From a virus (taxonomy: Duplodnaviria > Caudoviricetes), in IMG/VR virus record IMGVR_UViG_3300021400_000621, positions 25,174-89,173 of that record: 64,000 nucleotides of DNA, one strand, 5' to 3'. Shown here piece by piece: positions 10,519 through 19,529 of this stretch. The notes under the pieces were generated by a model that saw nothing but the letters and a program-made list of their open reading frames with translations, did no database searches and was not told the DNA's origin. Position 1 is the stretch's first letter. Each line of letters starts with the position of its first letter. The position numbers were made by a program, and so were the translations under genes.

Positions 10519-11068
10519 AATTGTTGCATTATTTGGGGCGGCGGGCTCCGGTAAGGATACTCTTCAGAATCTAGTTACAGAATGCCTTGATGTTAATCCC
10601 CTTGTCAGTACCACAACGCGGCCGCCGCGTGGGGGTGAAATTGAAGGAGATGCATATCATTTTGTAACAGAAGAGGACTTCATGAATGAACCAATGTTAG
10701 AATACACAACTTTCCGTGGATGGTATTATGGTACACCTTATTCTGCTATTGATAAGCATAAACTTAACATAGGCGTATTTAACATATCAGGCATCAAACA
10801 AATGATGCAATATAGTAAAATCATTAAAATTCTTCCAATCTATATTAAATGTGAAGATAGGGTTCGTCTTGAGCGTCAGCTTAGTAGAGAAGAATATCCA
10901 GATTGTGAAGAAATTTGTAGACGTTATCTTACAGATAAAAAGGACTTCAAAGAAGAGAATATCACCTTTGATTATCATTGGATAGATAATTCCGAAGACC
11001 TAGGTGATACACTTGAAAATCTTGTATCAACTATTGCTGAATGGGACAAAACACTTGAGGATAAATAA
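10511..11068 (+). CDS. gmk: Guanylate kinase-like protein
   Basis: P-loop GAAGSGKD, STTTRPPRGGE.EG..YHFV and YYGTP signatures. Confidence 0.85.
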   Translation: MIKIVALFGAAGSGKDTLQNLVTECLDVNPLVSTTTRPPRGGEIEGDAYHFVTEEDFMNEPMLEYTTFRGWYYGTPYSAIDKHKLNIGVFNISGIKQMMQYSKIIKILPIYIKCEDRVRLERQLSREEYPDCEEICRRYLTDKKDFKEENITFDYHWIDNSEDLGDTLENLVSTIAEWDKTLEDK

Positions 11069-11145
11069 GGTAATTTTCATATATAATAGGTCTGGCATAC
11101 TTTGCCAGACCTCCTTAAAATATTTAAATAATTAGGAGAGTATAT

Positions 11146-13392
11146 ATGTATATAGTAAAAAGAGATGGACGTAAAGTTCCTTTTAACCAAAACAAAATTA
11201 TTGATGCAATTCTCAGCGCATTTATAGAAATTGATGGCCAGGTATCAGAGTATGCCCTCATCAAAGCTGGTAATATTGCAGACTATATTCTTGAATATGC
11301 AAAGAAAGCAGACCATCTGCTTGATGTAGAAGAAGTTCAAGATATGGTAGAAACAGGACTTATGTCCACTAAAAGAAAAGATGTAGCTAAAGCATATATT
11401 AGTTACAGACAGGAAAGAACAAAAGAACGTAATAGACGTGATGAAGTACAGCAACTAGTTCGTGAGAAACTTTATGCTCTGAATGTACAGAATCAAAATG
11501 CTAATGTCGATGAGCACTCATTCGGCGGCCGCAAAGGAGAAGTAGATTCAGTAGTTATGAAAGATATTGCTTTAAGTGATTTAATTTCACCAAAAGCAGT
11601 AAAAAATCATGTTGAAAATAGAGTTTATATTCATGACCTTGATGCTTATGCAGTAGGTATGCACAACTGCTTATCTGTTCCTTTCGATAAAATTCTTGCT
11701 AATGGATTTTTTGATGGAAAACAAACAGATGTTCGTGGCGCTAATTCTGTAAATACTGCATTTCAACTTGTAGCTGTTGTATTCCAGCTTCAATCACTTC
11801 AGCAATTTGGTGGAGTATCTGCTACACACCTAGATTGGACAATGGTTCCATATGTAAGAAAGTCATTCTATAAGCATTATGCTGATGGATGTAAGTACAT
11901 AGGCAATCTTGACGAGGATAATTTAGATAAAATTATCACATATGCAAGAAATGAACAGTTAAGTATTGATGATGACTATTTCAAAGAAGATAGTAAAATT
12001 TATCAATATGCTCTTGATATGACAAAGAAGGAAGTACATCAAGCTGTTGAAGGTATGTATCATAACCTAAACACTCTTCAGAGCAGAAGTGGTAATCAGC
12101 TTCCTTTTACAAGTATTAACTATGGTACTTGTACACTTCCAGAAGGTAGAATGGTAACTGAAGCACTACTTACGGTATCTATGGAAGGTGTTGGTAAACT
12201 TGGTCTTACTCCTATTTTCCCTTGTGGTATATTCCAGTATTGGAAAGGTGTAAATGATAAACCAGGTACACCGAATTATGACCTGTTCAAGATGGCACTC
12301 AAAAGTACATCTATGAGATTATATCCAAACTATGCTAATGTAGACTGGTCAGGTAATGCTGGGTATGATCCTAAGGACCCGAAAACATACTTCTCAACAA
12401 TGGGTTGCAGAACTGCCAATGGATGGGATATTAATGGATTCGGTCAACTAAAGGATGGTAGAGGAAATATCTGTCCAGTTACTATAATCATGCCAACTAT
12501 TGCTATGGAAGCAAAAGAAGAAGCAGAAAATAGTGATGGTGTTGACATAATTGATGTATTTATGGAAAAGTTAGATAACGCAATTCATGATGCTAAAGAT
12601 ATTCTGATTGAAAGATTCGATTGGATTTGCAGTCAAGATGCGGCAAGTGCTAAATTTATGTGGATGAATGGCACTATGGAGGGATATGACCCTGAAGAAG
12701 GACCAAAGTCTGCACTTAAGCATGGTACACTTGCTCTTGGTCAATTAGGATTAGCAGAAACTCTTCAAATCCTCATAGGCTGCGACCACACAGACGAGAG
12801 AGGAATGGAACTTGCAAAGCGTATAGAACAACTGTTTAAAGACCGTTGTGCTCAGTTCAAAGAAGAGGAAAGACTTAACTTCGGTGTATATTATACTCCA
12901 GCCGAGAACCTCTGCTATACTGCGATGAAGAAGTTTAAGGCTAAGTATGGGGAGATTCCAAATGTCAGTGATAGAGAATATTTCACAAATTCGATGCATG
13001 TACCAGTCTGGAAAGAAATATCTCCATTTGACAAAATTGATATTGAATCACAGCTTACTGGTTACAGTAGTGCTGGTTGTATTACTTATGTAGAACTCGA
13101 CGGAGCAGTACAGCACAACTTAGATGCTTTAGAAACATTAGTAAATTATGCTATGGATAAGGATATTCCTTATTTTGCTATTAATATTCCAAATGACCAG
13201 TGCTTAGATTGCGGCTGGACTGGAGAAATTAATGAAACATGCCCTAAGTGCGGTGGTAATCATATTCAAAGACTGAGAAGAGTTACAGGTTATTTAACTG
13301 GTAATTATACAACTGCATTTAATCTGGGTAAACAAGCTGAAGTTAAGGATAGATATAAGCATAGCAACAGACTAGTAAATTGGAGGCATTAA
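11146..13392 (+). CDS. nrdD: Anaerobic (class III) ribonucleotide reductase with ATP cone
   Basis: N-terminal VKRDG ATP cone, MGCRT active-site finger, CxxC..CPKC zinc site, glycyl-radical loop RRVTGYL. Confidence 0.95.
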   Translation: MYIVKRDGRKVPFNQNKIIDAILSAFIEIDGQVSEYALIKAGNIADYILEYAKKADHLLDVEEVQDMVETGLMSTKRKDVAKAYISYRQERTKERNRRDEVQQLVREKLYALNVQNQNANVDEHSFGGRKGEVDSVVMKDIALSDLISPKAVKNHVENRVYIHDLDAYAVGMHNCLSVPFDKILANGFFDGKQTDVRGANSVNTAFQLVAVVFQLQSLQQFGGVSATHLDWTMVPYVRKSFYKHYADGCKYIGNLDEDNLDKIITYARNEQLSIDDDYFKEDSKIYQYALDMTKKEVHQAVEGMYHNLNTLQSRSGNQLPFTSINYGTCTLPEGRMVTEALLTVSMEGVGKLGLTPIFPCGIFQYWKGVNDKPGTPNYDLFKMALKSTSMRLYPNYANVDWSGNAGYDPKDPKTYFSTMGCRTANGWDINGFGQLKDGRGNICPVTIIMPTIAMEAKEEAENSDGVDIIDVFMEKLDNAIHDAKDILIERFDWICSQDAASAKFMWMNGTMEGYDPEEGPKSALKHGTLALGQLGLAETLQILIGCDHTDERGMELAKRIEQLFKDRCAQFKEEERLNFGVYYTPAENLCYTAMKKFKAKYGEIPNVSDREYFTNSMHVPVWKEISPFDKIDIESQLTGYSSAGCITYVELDGAVQHNLDALETLVNYAMDKDIPYFAINIPNDQCLDCGWTGEINETCPKCGGNHIQRLRRVTGYLTGNYTTAFNLGKQAEVKDRYKHSNRLVNWRH

Positions 13393-13898
13393 TGTTAATA
13401 CATATAAATGGTATTAATGGTAATGATATGGTTAATGGAGAGGGAGTTTCAGTCTCCCTCTTCATGCAAGGATGTCCCCATCATTGTCCTGGATGCTTTA
13501 ATCCAGAGTCTTGGGATTTTGATGGTGGATATACAATAGAGCAGGATGAATTGTTTAAGGATATTTTAAATAAAATGACTGCTAATGGTTTGCAGAGGAA
13601 TTTTAGTTTTCTTGGCGGCGAGCCTTTAGCGCCTCAGAACCTGGCTCTAACGCAGCATATCATTCACTATTTAAGAGATAATTTAGACTATATACCTAAA
13701 ATTTATATTTGGTCTGGTTATACTTTGCAGGAATTGATAGAGAGAAGTAAGATAGAACCAGCTATTAAAGATGTATTGATTTATACATATTGTTTAATAG
13801 ATGGCCCTTATAAATATGAAGAAAGAGATTTGACTTTAGAGTTAAGAGGAAGTGCAAATCAAAATATTATCTACCACCCTGGTGATTACATAAATTGA
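13392..13898 (+). CDS. nrdG: Anaerobic RNR activase (radical SAM)
   Basis: GCPHHCPGCFN CxxxCxxC motif, LGGEP, RGSANQ; TAATG coupling to nrdD with GGAGG RBS. Confidence 0.92.
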   Translation: MLIHINGINGNDMVNGEGVSVSLFMQGCPHHCPGCFNPESWDFDGGYTIEQDELFKDILNKMTANGLQRNFSFLGGEPLAPQNLALTQHIIHYLRDNLDYIPKIYIWSGYTLQELIERSKIEPAIKDVLIYTYCLIDGPYKYEERDLTLELRGSANQNIIYHPGDYIN

Positions 13899-13923
13899 CA
13901 AGATTGTAAAATTTTGATATAAT
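13895..13923 (+). promoter_or_regulatory. SigA-type promoter with extended -10
   Basis: TTGACA (13895-13900), 17 bp spacer, TG-n-TATAAT (13915-13923). Confidence 0.85.
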
Positions 13924-13959
13924 ATATAGAGAATAAGAGATAAAAGGAGAGGATGTAAT

Positions 13960-14334
13960 ATGGCTGAACTAACTATGGGAAATCTTCATGACATGAATAA
14001 GCAACTGAGTGAACAGATGCCAGTGAAGAGTATTCCTGAAATATTAGCTCTATATCCTAAATTAGAAAATTGGTTTGAATATAGCATAGATAGATATGCT
14101 ATGTTGCTTTGTCATGAGCAGAGAGACTTTACTATTTTTAATAAAGTATCTGATATGGCTGATATGGCAAAAGAAGCAACAAAAGCATTATTTGAATGTA
14201 TAGAGAACCGCGGCGGCCTTGTCTCAATGGATCCTGCCGACGGCGACGCATGGGAGATTTGGATTAGAGATGAAGATAATGCTGACCATTGCTATTATCT
14301 GTTTAATTATGACAATGCAGTAATAGAGGTGTAA
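13960..14334 (+). CDS. Hypothetical protein
   Basis: 124-aa ORF with AGGAGAGG RBS, downstream of the promoter. Confidence 0.75.
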   Translation: MAELTMGNLHDMNKQLSEQMPVKSIPEILALYPKLENWFEYSIDRYAMLLCHEQRDFTIFNKVSDMADMAKEATKALFECIENRGGLVSMDPADGDAWEIWIRDEDNADHCYYLFNYDNAVIEV

Positions 14335-14335
14335 G

Positions 14336-14584
14336 ATGAGAAAAAAGACCATAGAAATATTTATGAGTCCCGTCAAATTATCTTCTTCTGTTTTTATTAG
14401 AGATGAGCAAGGATTATTAACTTCTTATAAAGTTGACAATAAAAAACTTGTTGATTTTGTTATTAAACAAGAGAATGTAGAAGAAGTAACAATTAACGGA
14501 GCTAAAATATATACAAGTAAATTTAAAGACCAAATGGAAAAACATATGGATAAGAATTGTAAATTCACATTAAGGAGTAAATAA
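14336..14584 (+). CDS. Hypothetical protein
   Basis: 82-aa ORF with GAGGT RBS, tightly packed. Confidence 0.65.
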   Translation: MRKKTIEIFMSPVKLSSSVFIRDEQGLLTSYKVDNKKLVDFVIKQENVEEVTINGAKIYTSKFKDQMEKHMDKNCKFTLRSK

Positions 14585-14823
14585 TGGCACATCTAATTAA
14601 AACAACAGAAGTATATAGAGTAGAGACCGAGGACGAAGCTAAGAAATTTATTGAAGAACAGAAACAAAACGATTCCTATGAGATGATAAAATATTCTTCA
14701 GAATATAAAATCAAAAAGGCAAAAGGTGAAATAGAAGATGAATGGTTTAGAGTAACCCTTGTAAAGAATTTTGATGACGAAAAAGACCCTATAGGAAGTG
14801 TGAAGATTAGTTATGAAGATTAA
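14584..14823 (+). CDS. Hypothetical protein
   Basis: 79-aa ORF with AAGGAG RBS and TAATG coupling. Confidence 0.7.
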   Translation: MAHLIKTTEVYRVETEDEAKKFIEEQKQNDSYEMIKYSSEYKIKKAKGEIEDEWFRVTLVKNFDDEKDPIGSVKISYED

Positions 14824-15241
14824 TATTAAGAAATTAGAACCAGAAGCTATAATACCTACAAAGGGAAGTGATGCGGCAGCAGGTGTGGACCTGTATGCAC
14901 CTAGAGCTTTGGCGATTCACCCTGGATCTAATGGAATTATTAATACTGGCCTTGCTATAGAAATACCTGATGGGTACTTTGGCGCTATATTTGCAAGATC
15001 CGGTATGGCTACCCGTAAGGGACTCCGCCCGGCTAACTGTGTAGGAGTTATTGACTCTGATTATAGAGGGGAAATTATAGTGGTTTTACATAATGATACT
15101 GATATAATTAGACCTGTTCAAGAAGGTGATAGAATTGCACAACTTGTTATTTTACCTTACGAGAAAATTGAGTTTAGTGAGGTGGAAGAACTTACTGACA
15201 CAGAGCGCGCTGACGGCGGCTTCGGTAGTACTGGTAATTAG
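14813..15241 (+). CDS. dut: Trimeric dUTPase
   Basis: AGVDL, ARSG, GVIDSDYRGEI, RIAQL and C-terminal RADGGFGSTG motifs. Confidence 0.95.
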   Translation: MKINIKKLEPEAIIPTKGSDAAAGVDLYAPRALAIHPGSNGIINTGLAIEIPDGYFGAIFARSGMATRKGLRPANCVGVIDSDYRGEIIVVLHNDTDIIRPVQEGDRIAQLVILPYEKIEFSEVEELTDTERADGGFGSTGN

Positions 15242-15246
15242 AACAA

Positions 15247-15282
15247 TAAAAATGCGGAGGCATTAGCCTCCGCTTTTCTTTT
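15247..15282. terminator. Bidirectional terminator between convergent dut and recombinase
   Basis: Stem GCGGAGGC/GCCTCCGC (15254-15273) with an A-run on the left and a T-run on the right. Confidence 0.85.
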
Positions 15283-16276
15283 ATCCGAATATTCCTCGAT
15301 AACTATTTATCATAGAACTAACATCACTCTTTGCATATATTCTAGTTGTATTAATATTTTCATGCCCAAGATAATCCTGTACCTGTTCCAATGGCATGCC
15401 ATGTCTAAGTAAATATGTTGCTGTAGTATGTCTAATCAAATGAGGATATACTCTTCTACCTATGTCTGCTCTTTCACCTAACTTGCGAATTATCTTTTCA
15501 AGTGCTTCTTTTTTAATTCTATGATATGGTCGCCTATCACTAACAAACAGTGCTGGGTCATCATCCTCTCTAATAGCTAGATATTCCTGGATGGCCATCA
15601 CCGCCGCCGCATTTAACAAGACTACCCTTTCTTTATTGCCTTTTCCAGTTACCTTTAATATTCCACGATTAAAATCTATATCTTTAACATCAATATTTAC
15701 CACCTCGCTTACTCTACATCCCGTCGCAAAGAAGAACTCAAGTAATGCACGTTCCTTTGGCTTAACACATGCATACCGCAATTTTTCTAGTTCCATATCG
15801 GTCAGAGGTTCCCGCACATTTTTCTTATATTTAATTGGCTCTATAGTTGCCATAGGGTTTGATTTAATCCTGCCGCAATCCGTCATATATCTAAAGAATC
15901 CATTTAGGATTACTCTCATTGTATCTTTTCTTCTCTTGCTTATATGTCTACGGCGTTCATAATCATCTAAAAAAGTAATTACATCCCATTCCGTTACATC
16001 TGGTAGTGCTTTTGGTATAGCTAAACAAAATGCTTTAAGTGTTAATGAGTATTGCCGCAGCGTTCCTTCAGATAGTCCCTTTGCTTTCTTTCTAACTAGA
16101 TACTGTAATACTTCTGAGTAACAGTTATCTACAGTACATAGGCTAGTTTCCTGTGGAGAAAAATTAAAATTATTTATTACTTCTTCTATTGCTTTATCTA
16201 TTATAAGTAAATCTGTTGATTCAAAATTATTAGATAATGATTTGAGTATTTCATCTCTTATTTCTCTTGTAGTCAT
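15281..16276 (-). CDS. Tyrosine recombinase (XerC/D-like fold), candidate shufflon invertase
   Basis: Catalytic set R (TGCRVSE), K (GKGNKER), HxxR (HLIRH), H (LGH) and Y (TTRIY) plus an N-terminal core-binding domain; directly adjacent to the first repeat site. The invertase role is inferred from context. Confidence 0.9.
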   Translation of the reverse strand: MTTREIRDEILKSLSNNFESTDLLIIDKAIEEVINNFNFSPQETSLCTVDNCYSEVLQYLVRKKAKGLSEGTLRQYSLTLKAFCLAIPKALPDVTEWDVITFLDDYERRRHISKRRKDTMRVILNGFFRYMTDCGRIKSNPMATIEPIKYKKNVREPLTDMELEKLRYACVKPKERALLEFFFATGCRVSEVVNIDVKDIDFNRGILKVTGKGNKERVVLLNAAAVMAIQEYLAIREDDDPALFVSDRRPYHRIKKEALEKIIRKLGERADIGRRVYPHLIRHTTATYLLRHGMPLEQVQDYLGHENINTTRIYAKSDVSSMINSYRGIFG

Positions 16277-16318
16277 AATTATTCTCCTTTTGTAAAAATT
16301 TAATTTCTTAAAAAAATA

Positions 16319-16347
16319 ATTATAACATTTTATTTATAAAAATTCAA
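16319..16347 (-). promoter_or_regulatory. SigA-type promoter of the recombinase
   Basis: On -: TTGAAT, 17 bp spacer, TG-n-TATAAT, then AAAGGAG RBS before ATG 16276. Confidence 0.75.
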
Positions 16348-16364
16348 TTGTATATTAAACAATA

Positions 16365-16380
16365 GTTAAGTAAATAATAA
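16365..16380 (+). repeat. Putative recombination site A (GTTAAGTAAATAATAA)
   Basis: Exact 16-bp inverted copy at 17065-17080; heads cassette A in frame. Confidence 0.8.
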
Positions 16381-16732
16381 TTTTATAGCTAATCCTATTA
16401 CTTTTTATGGTGCAAATGGAACAACTCCTGCTATTAATGCTTGGTATTTAGGTATGATAGTTTATATCTGTGGATTTGTTGAAAATGTAAGTACTGCAGC
16501 AAGCTCTGAAAAAATTATTGCAACTGTTAATCATTATAATACCATACCACATCCTAGGACTGTTATTAGAGTTCCAGGCAGATATGGAACAGCATACTAT
16601 CCTGGAACTAATTGTTATACAGCAGTTACAAGTCGAGACGGCCGTATAGATATAGTGATGACAAGTTCAACAAGCACTTCTAATGTGCAAGTTTATTTTG
16701 GAAGTGTTGTTTATTATGGTAGCATTGCCTAA
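16373..16732 (+). other. Silent C-terminal cassette A (119 aa, NNNFIANPITF...YYGSIA)
   Basis: Open frame starts at the site core directly after an in-frame TAA and includes ORF-track 16454-16732; no start or RBS at its 5' end. Confidence 0.78.
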
Positions 16733-16742
16733 AATAATCATT

Positions 16743-17072
16743 TTAATCAAAACGTAAGACTAATGTAAGACGTATATAATTTGTACCAGTATTATTAGCA
16801 CAAATTGTATAAAAACGGTTTTGTTCCCCTGCTTGCGCATACCATAATGTCCCTCTACTACCAGCCATAGTATCATAGGTTTTTATGTCACAATATTGTA
16901 CACCTGCAGGCTCCATTGGTCCAATAGCTAAACCATAAACACCTGCATTAGAATATGTGGCATATATAGAATATATTCCTGTATAGGGCCATGTAATAGA
17001 ATATCTACTGCCCCATGAAGTGGTAGCAGTATATGAATACTGTGATGTCCATGTTGTTGTAAACTTATTATT
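16743..17072 (-). other. Silent C-terminal cassette B (109 aa, NNKFTTTWTSQYSY...LTLVLRFD), missing from ORF track
   Basis: Translated by hand: open from the site core to TAA at 16745-16743, preceded by an in-frame TAA; tail-to-tail with cassette A (10-bp gap). Confidence 0.78.
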
Positions 17073-17080
17073 TACTTAAC
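17065..17080 (-). repeat. Putative recombination site B
   Basis: TTATTATTTACTTAAC is the reverse complement of site A. Confidence 0.8.
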
Positions 17081-17172
17081 CCACTTATTTAATTAACTTG
17101 TATAATTATACATATATAGCATCTTTGTTACTGCGGCAGGACCGCCGCCAAGACTATTAACTTAAATTGTCC

Positions 17173-17201
17173 TTGACTCTTGAAAAAATTTTTGCTACAC
17201 T
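17173..17201 (+). promoter_or_regulatory. SigA-type promoter of the RuvC-like gene
   Basis: TTGACT, 17 bp spacer, TG-n-TACACT. Confidence 0.65.
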
Positions 17202-17237
17202 GTAGTTAGATAGAATAAACAAAAAGAGGTAAATAAA

Positions 17238-17753
17238 ATGACAATTATGTCTTTAGATATATCAACTACATCAACAGGTATAGCAATATTTGATAATAAT
17301 AAACTATTACTTGTAGAATGTATCGCACCGACTGGCAATGTATGGAAGCGTATTCGCAAGATAACAAATAGAATAGAAGAATTGGTGGAACAATATAAGC
17401 CGCAGGCTATTATAGCAGAAGAACCAGAACCTGCATTTGTAAAGAATAATATAGATGTATATCGCAAATTAACAATAGCACATGGTGATATAACTATCAT
17501 GTTAGATGAACATAAACTAGAAATGCAGCTGTGTACAAGTGCTCATTGGAGAAAAATGGTTGGAATTAAAACAGGTAGGGGGATAACAAGAGCTATGTTG
17601 AAACCAAAAGACATAGAAAAAGCGAAGGAATTATTCCCTAAGTTTGCGGCGGAGGTAAAACAGAATGATGACAAAGCCGATGCTATTTTAATTGGATATG
17701 CTTATTATCTTGAGCATGCAAAGAAAGAAGAATTAGAGTATAACTGGGAGTGA
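17238..17753 (+). CDS. RuvC-like Holliday junction resolvase (RNase H fold)
   Basis: IMSLDISTTSTGIA first strand with catalytic D, IIAEEP, and C-terminal DDKADAILIG. Confidence 0.8.
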   Translation: MTIMSLDISTTSTGIAIFDNNKLLLVECIAPTGNVWKRIRKITNRIEELVEQYKPQAIIAEEPEPAFVKNNIDVYRKLTIAHGDITIMLDEHKLEMQLCTSAHWRKMVGIKTGRGITRAMLKPKDIEKAKELFPKFAAEVKQNDDKADAILIGYAYYLEHAKKEELEYNWE

Positions 17754-17821
17754 CCTCCGGTAGGAAACACGCGCGGGCGTAGGTGAATGACATCTTGTAA
17801 TATCTAGAATAAGAAGTATGG

Positions 17822-17848
17822 AAGACACGCCGCCGCGTGTCTTATTTT
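17822..17848 (+). terminator. Hairpin terminator after the RuvC-like gene
   Basis: 9-bp stem AAGACACGC/GCGTGTCTT with CGCC loop, followed by ATTTT. Confidence 0.6.
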
Positions 17849-17867
17849 AGTGAATTAAATGAACTTC

Positions 17868-17883
17868 GTTAGGTAAATAATAA
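17868..17883 (+). repeat. Putative recombination site C (GTTAGGTAAATAATAA)
   Basis: One mismatch to site A; heads cassette C in frame. Confidence 0.78.
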
Positions 17884-18391
17884 TTCACAGACAATGAAAG
17901 AAAAATTATTTCTAGATGATTTTGCGTATTTTTCTTTAAACAACGGAGTTACAATGCATCCAGCAGAAGGTGCAACAATTAGTAATAGTTCTAGCAATCC
18001 TGGAGGCATAACATATACTAGCTCTTATGAAAATAATTTTATACATATTTATAACACAGGTGGAATACGTAATATGACTTCAAAAAATTTAGTGTTATTA
18101 GTGGCAATGCATATTAGCTATATAAACTCAAGTTCTGCGGGAGATTATAGTATTGGAACATGGATTAAAAGACACACAGCAAGTGAAAGTACTTATCAAA
18201 ATTATAAATATTTAGGTTTTACTTCCTCTAATACAGGCGTATATTGTATTGTTGCTGATACTGTCTATGTATCTATACCACCAGGAGGATATATAGCTAT
18301 ATTAGTTTATAATCAAACAAGTGGTAAAACTATAAAAACAGCTTCAAGTGGATGGGTAGATTTTATACCTGTATCTATGTATAATGAATAA
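17876..18391 (+). other. Silent C-terminal cassette C (171 aa, NNNSQTMKEKLF...VSMYNE)
   Basis: Frame opens at the core right after an in-frame TAG and is continuous with ORF-track 17894-18391. Confidence 0.75.
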
Positions 18392-18394
18392 AAT

Positions 18395-18712
18395 TTAAAG
18401 AGCACTAGAAATAGTACCTAATATATATCCGGCATTAACAGTTACAGCAATTTTTGCAGTTAAAGATTGACTAGAATTACGTATAGATATAGCAACTCCT
18501 TCTGAAGTAAAATTAGTACGATAAACATAGCACCAACTACAATACTGACCTTGATTGCTAGCATTATTAATATCCCAATACCAAAGCATTCTACTATAGC
18601 TAGGATTGAGTGGTACAGGTACAGTATATATACCGATACCATTTGGAGCCAATGTTTGATTATCAAATAAGTAGGCATGGAATCTTATTAATTCTGGCGT
18701 AAAATTATTATT
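18395..18712 (-). other. Silent C-terminal cassette D (105 aa, NNNFTPELIRFHAY...GTISSAL)
   Basis: Frame runs from the core at 18714-18705 into ORF-track 18395-18652; tail-to-tail with cassette C (3-bp gap). Confidence 0.75.
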
Positions 18713-18740
18713 TACTTTCCTATCATTTACTTAACTATTG
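18705..18740 (-). repeat. Putative recombination site D (tandem: perfect core plus degenerate copy 15 bp upstream)
   Basis: On -: CAATAGTTAAGTAAATGATAGGAAAGTAAATAATAA; the first 16 nt are identical to 16360-16375. Confidence 0.72.
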
Positions 18741-18841
18741 ATTTTCGTAAAAGATTTTTACAACCATTCGAGGCGAAGCCAAAAAAACGGGTGTTAAGCA
18801 TTTTTAGCTTAACACCCGTTAATCTATCAATTATAAAATTA

Positions 18842-18991
18842 CTATGCTTCGTAAGGCTTTCCTGTAATTTCTGTAAACTCTGCTTCAGTAATTCCGAGAT
18901 GTTTACCAACAACGGCTCTTACTCTCTCAATACTCCAGAGTCCTTTATCATAGAAACCTTTAATCTTTTCAAAATTTTTGCTATGATTCAT
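18842..18991 (-). CDS. XkdX-family small tail-associated protein, 49 aa (not in ORF track)
   Basis: AAGGAGG RBS; MNHSKNFEKIKGFYDKGLWSIERVRAVVGKHLGITEAEFTEITGKPYEA matches the XkdX pattern (KIK.FYD.GLW...IT..E..EITG..Y). Confidence 0.85.
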   Translation of the reverse strand: MNHSKNFEKIKGFYDKGLWSIERVRAVVGKHLGITEAEFTEITGKPYEA

Positions 18992-19005
18992 AACATTCCT
19001 CCTTG

Positions 19006-19407
19006 TTACAGTTCAATATCAGACATAATAGCAATGTACTCAATATCAGATGTGTTCTTTGCTGTCTGTTCTGCAAGACCTGGTTTAGCAAGTTCTACAA
19101 GAACAACATCACATTTGCTTTCTGTTGATTCGCCTGTCTCTTCATCTACGCTTGTATCATATACATAGTCAAAGATTTTTTCAAGCTTTGCAACTACGCT
19201 ATATCCAGTTACAATACGTAGAGTTTCTGTTTCAGTTTCATTTTTAATCTCAATACGAGCGATATTTGCGGCGTCACTAACAACGTCCTCAATCTCGCCC
19301 AGTTGGATTCCGTCAGCTTTGATCAGAGCGCGGAATACATCACTGTGAACGCTGAATCCACTTGGAACAACGTCATATTTAAAGTTTCCGAAAACAATTT
19401 TATTCAT
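19006..19407 (-). CDS. XkdW-like protein preceding XkdX (possible fibre assembly factor)
   Basis: AAGGAGA RBS; C-terminal SDIEYIAIMSDIEL motif typical of genes immediately upstream of XkdX. Confidence 0.65.
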   Translation of the reverse strand: MNKIVFGNFKYDVVPSGFSVHSDVFRALIKADGIQLGEIEDVVSDAANIARIEIKNETETETLRIVTGYSVVAKLEKIFDYVYDTSVDEETGESTESKCDVVLVELAKPGLAEQTAKNTSDIEYIAIMSDIEL

Positions 19408-19529
19408 ATTAAATCTCTCCTTTGCGGCGGCCTAGGTGACCACCATCTTTGTATATCTAGATAAAGCGGGATGTTTTTAACGACCTCCCGCAATTACAAA
19501 CTTTTTATATATAAGTTTAAAAACGTATC

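Noticed and set aside
6360-13392. Inteins or introns in dnaE or nrdD
   Set aside because: Both frames are continuous and near normal length, with no splice-junction or LAGLIDADG motifs seen.
15281-16276. Recombinase as the lysogeny integrase with an attP site
   Set aside because: No host junction, repressor or att-like site is visible, and adjacency to the repeat array favours an invertase. A second role cannot be excluded.
18727-19168. ORF-track entries 18727-18912 (-) and 18791-19168 (+)
   Set aside because: They overlap the better-supported XkdX and XkdW-like genes, which have strong RBSs and family motifs.
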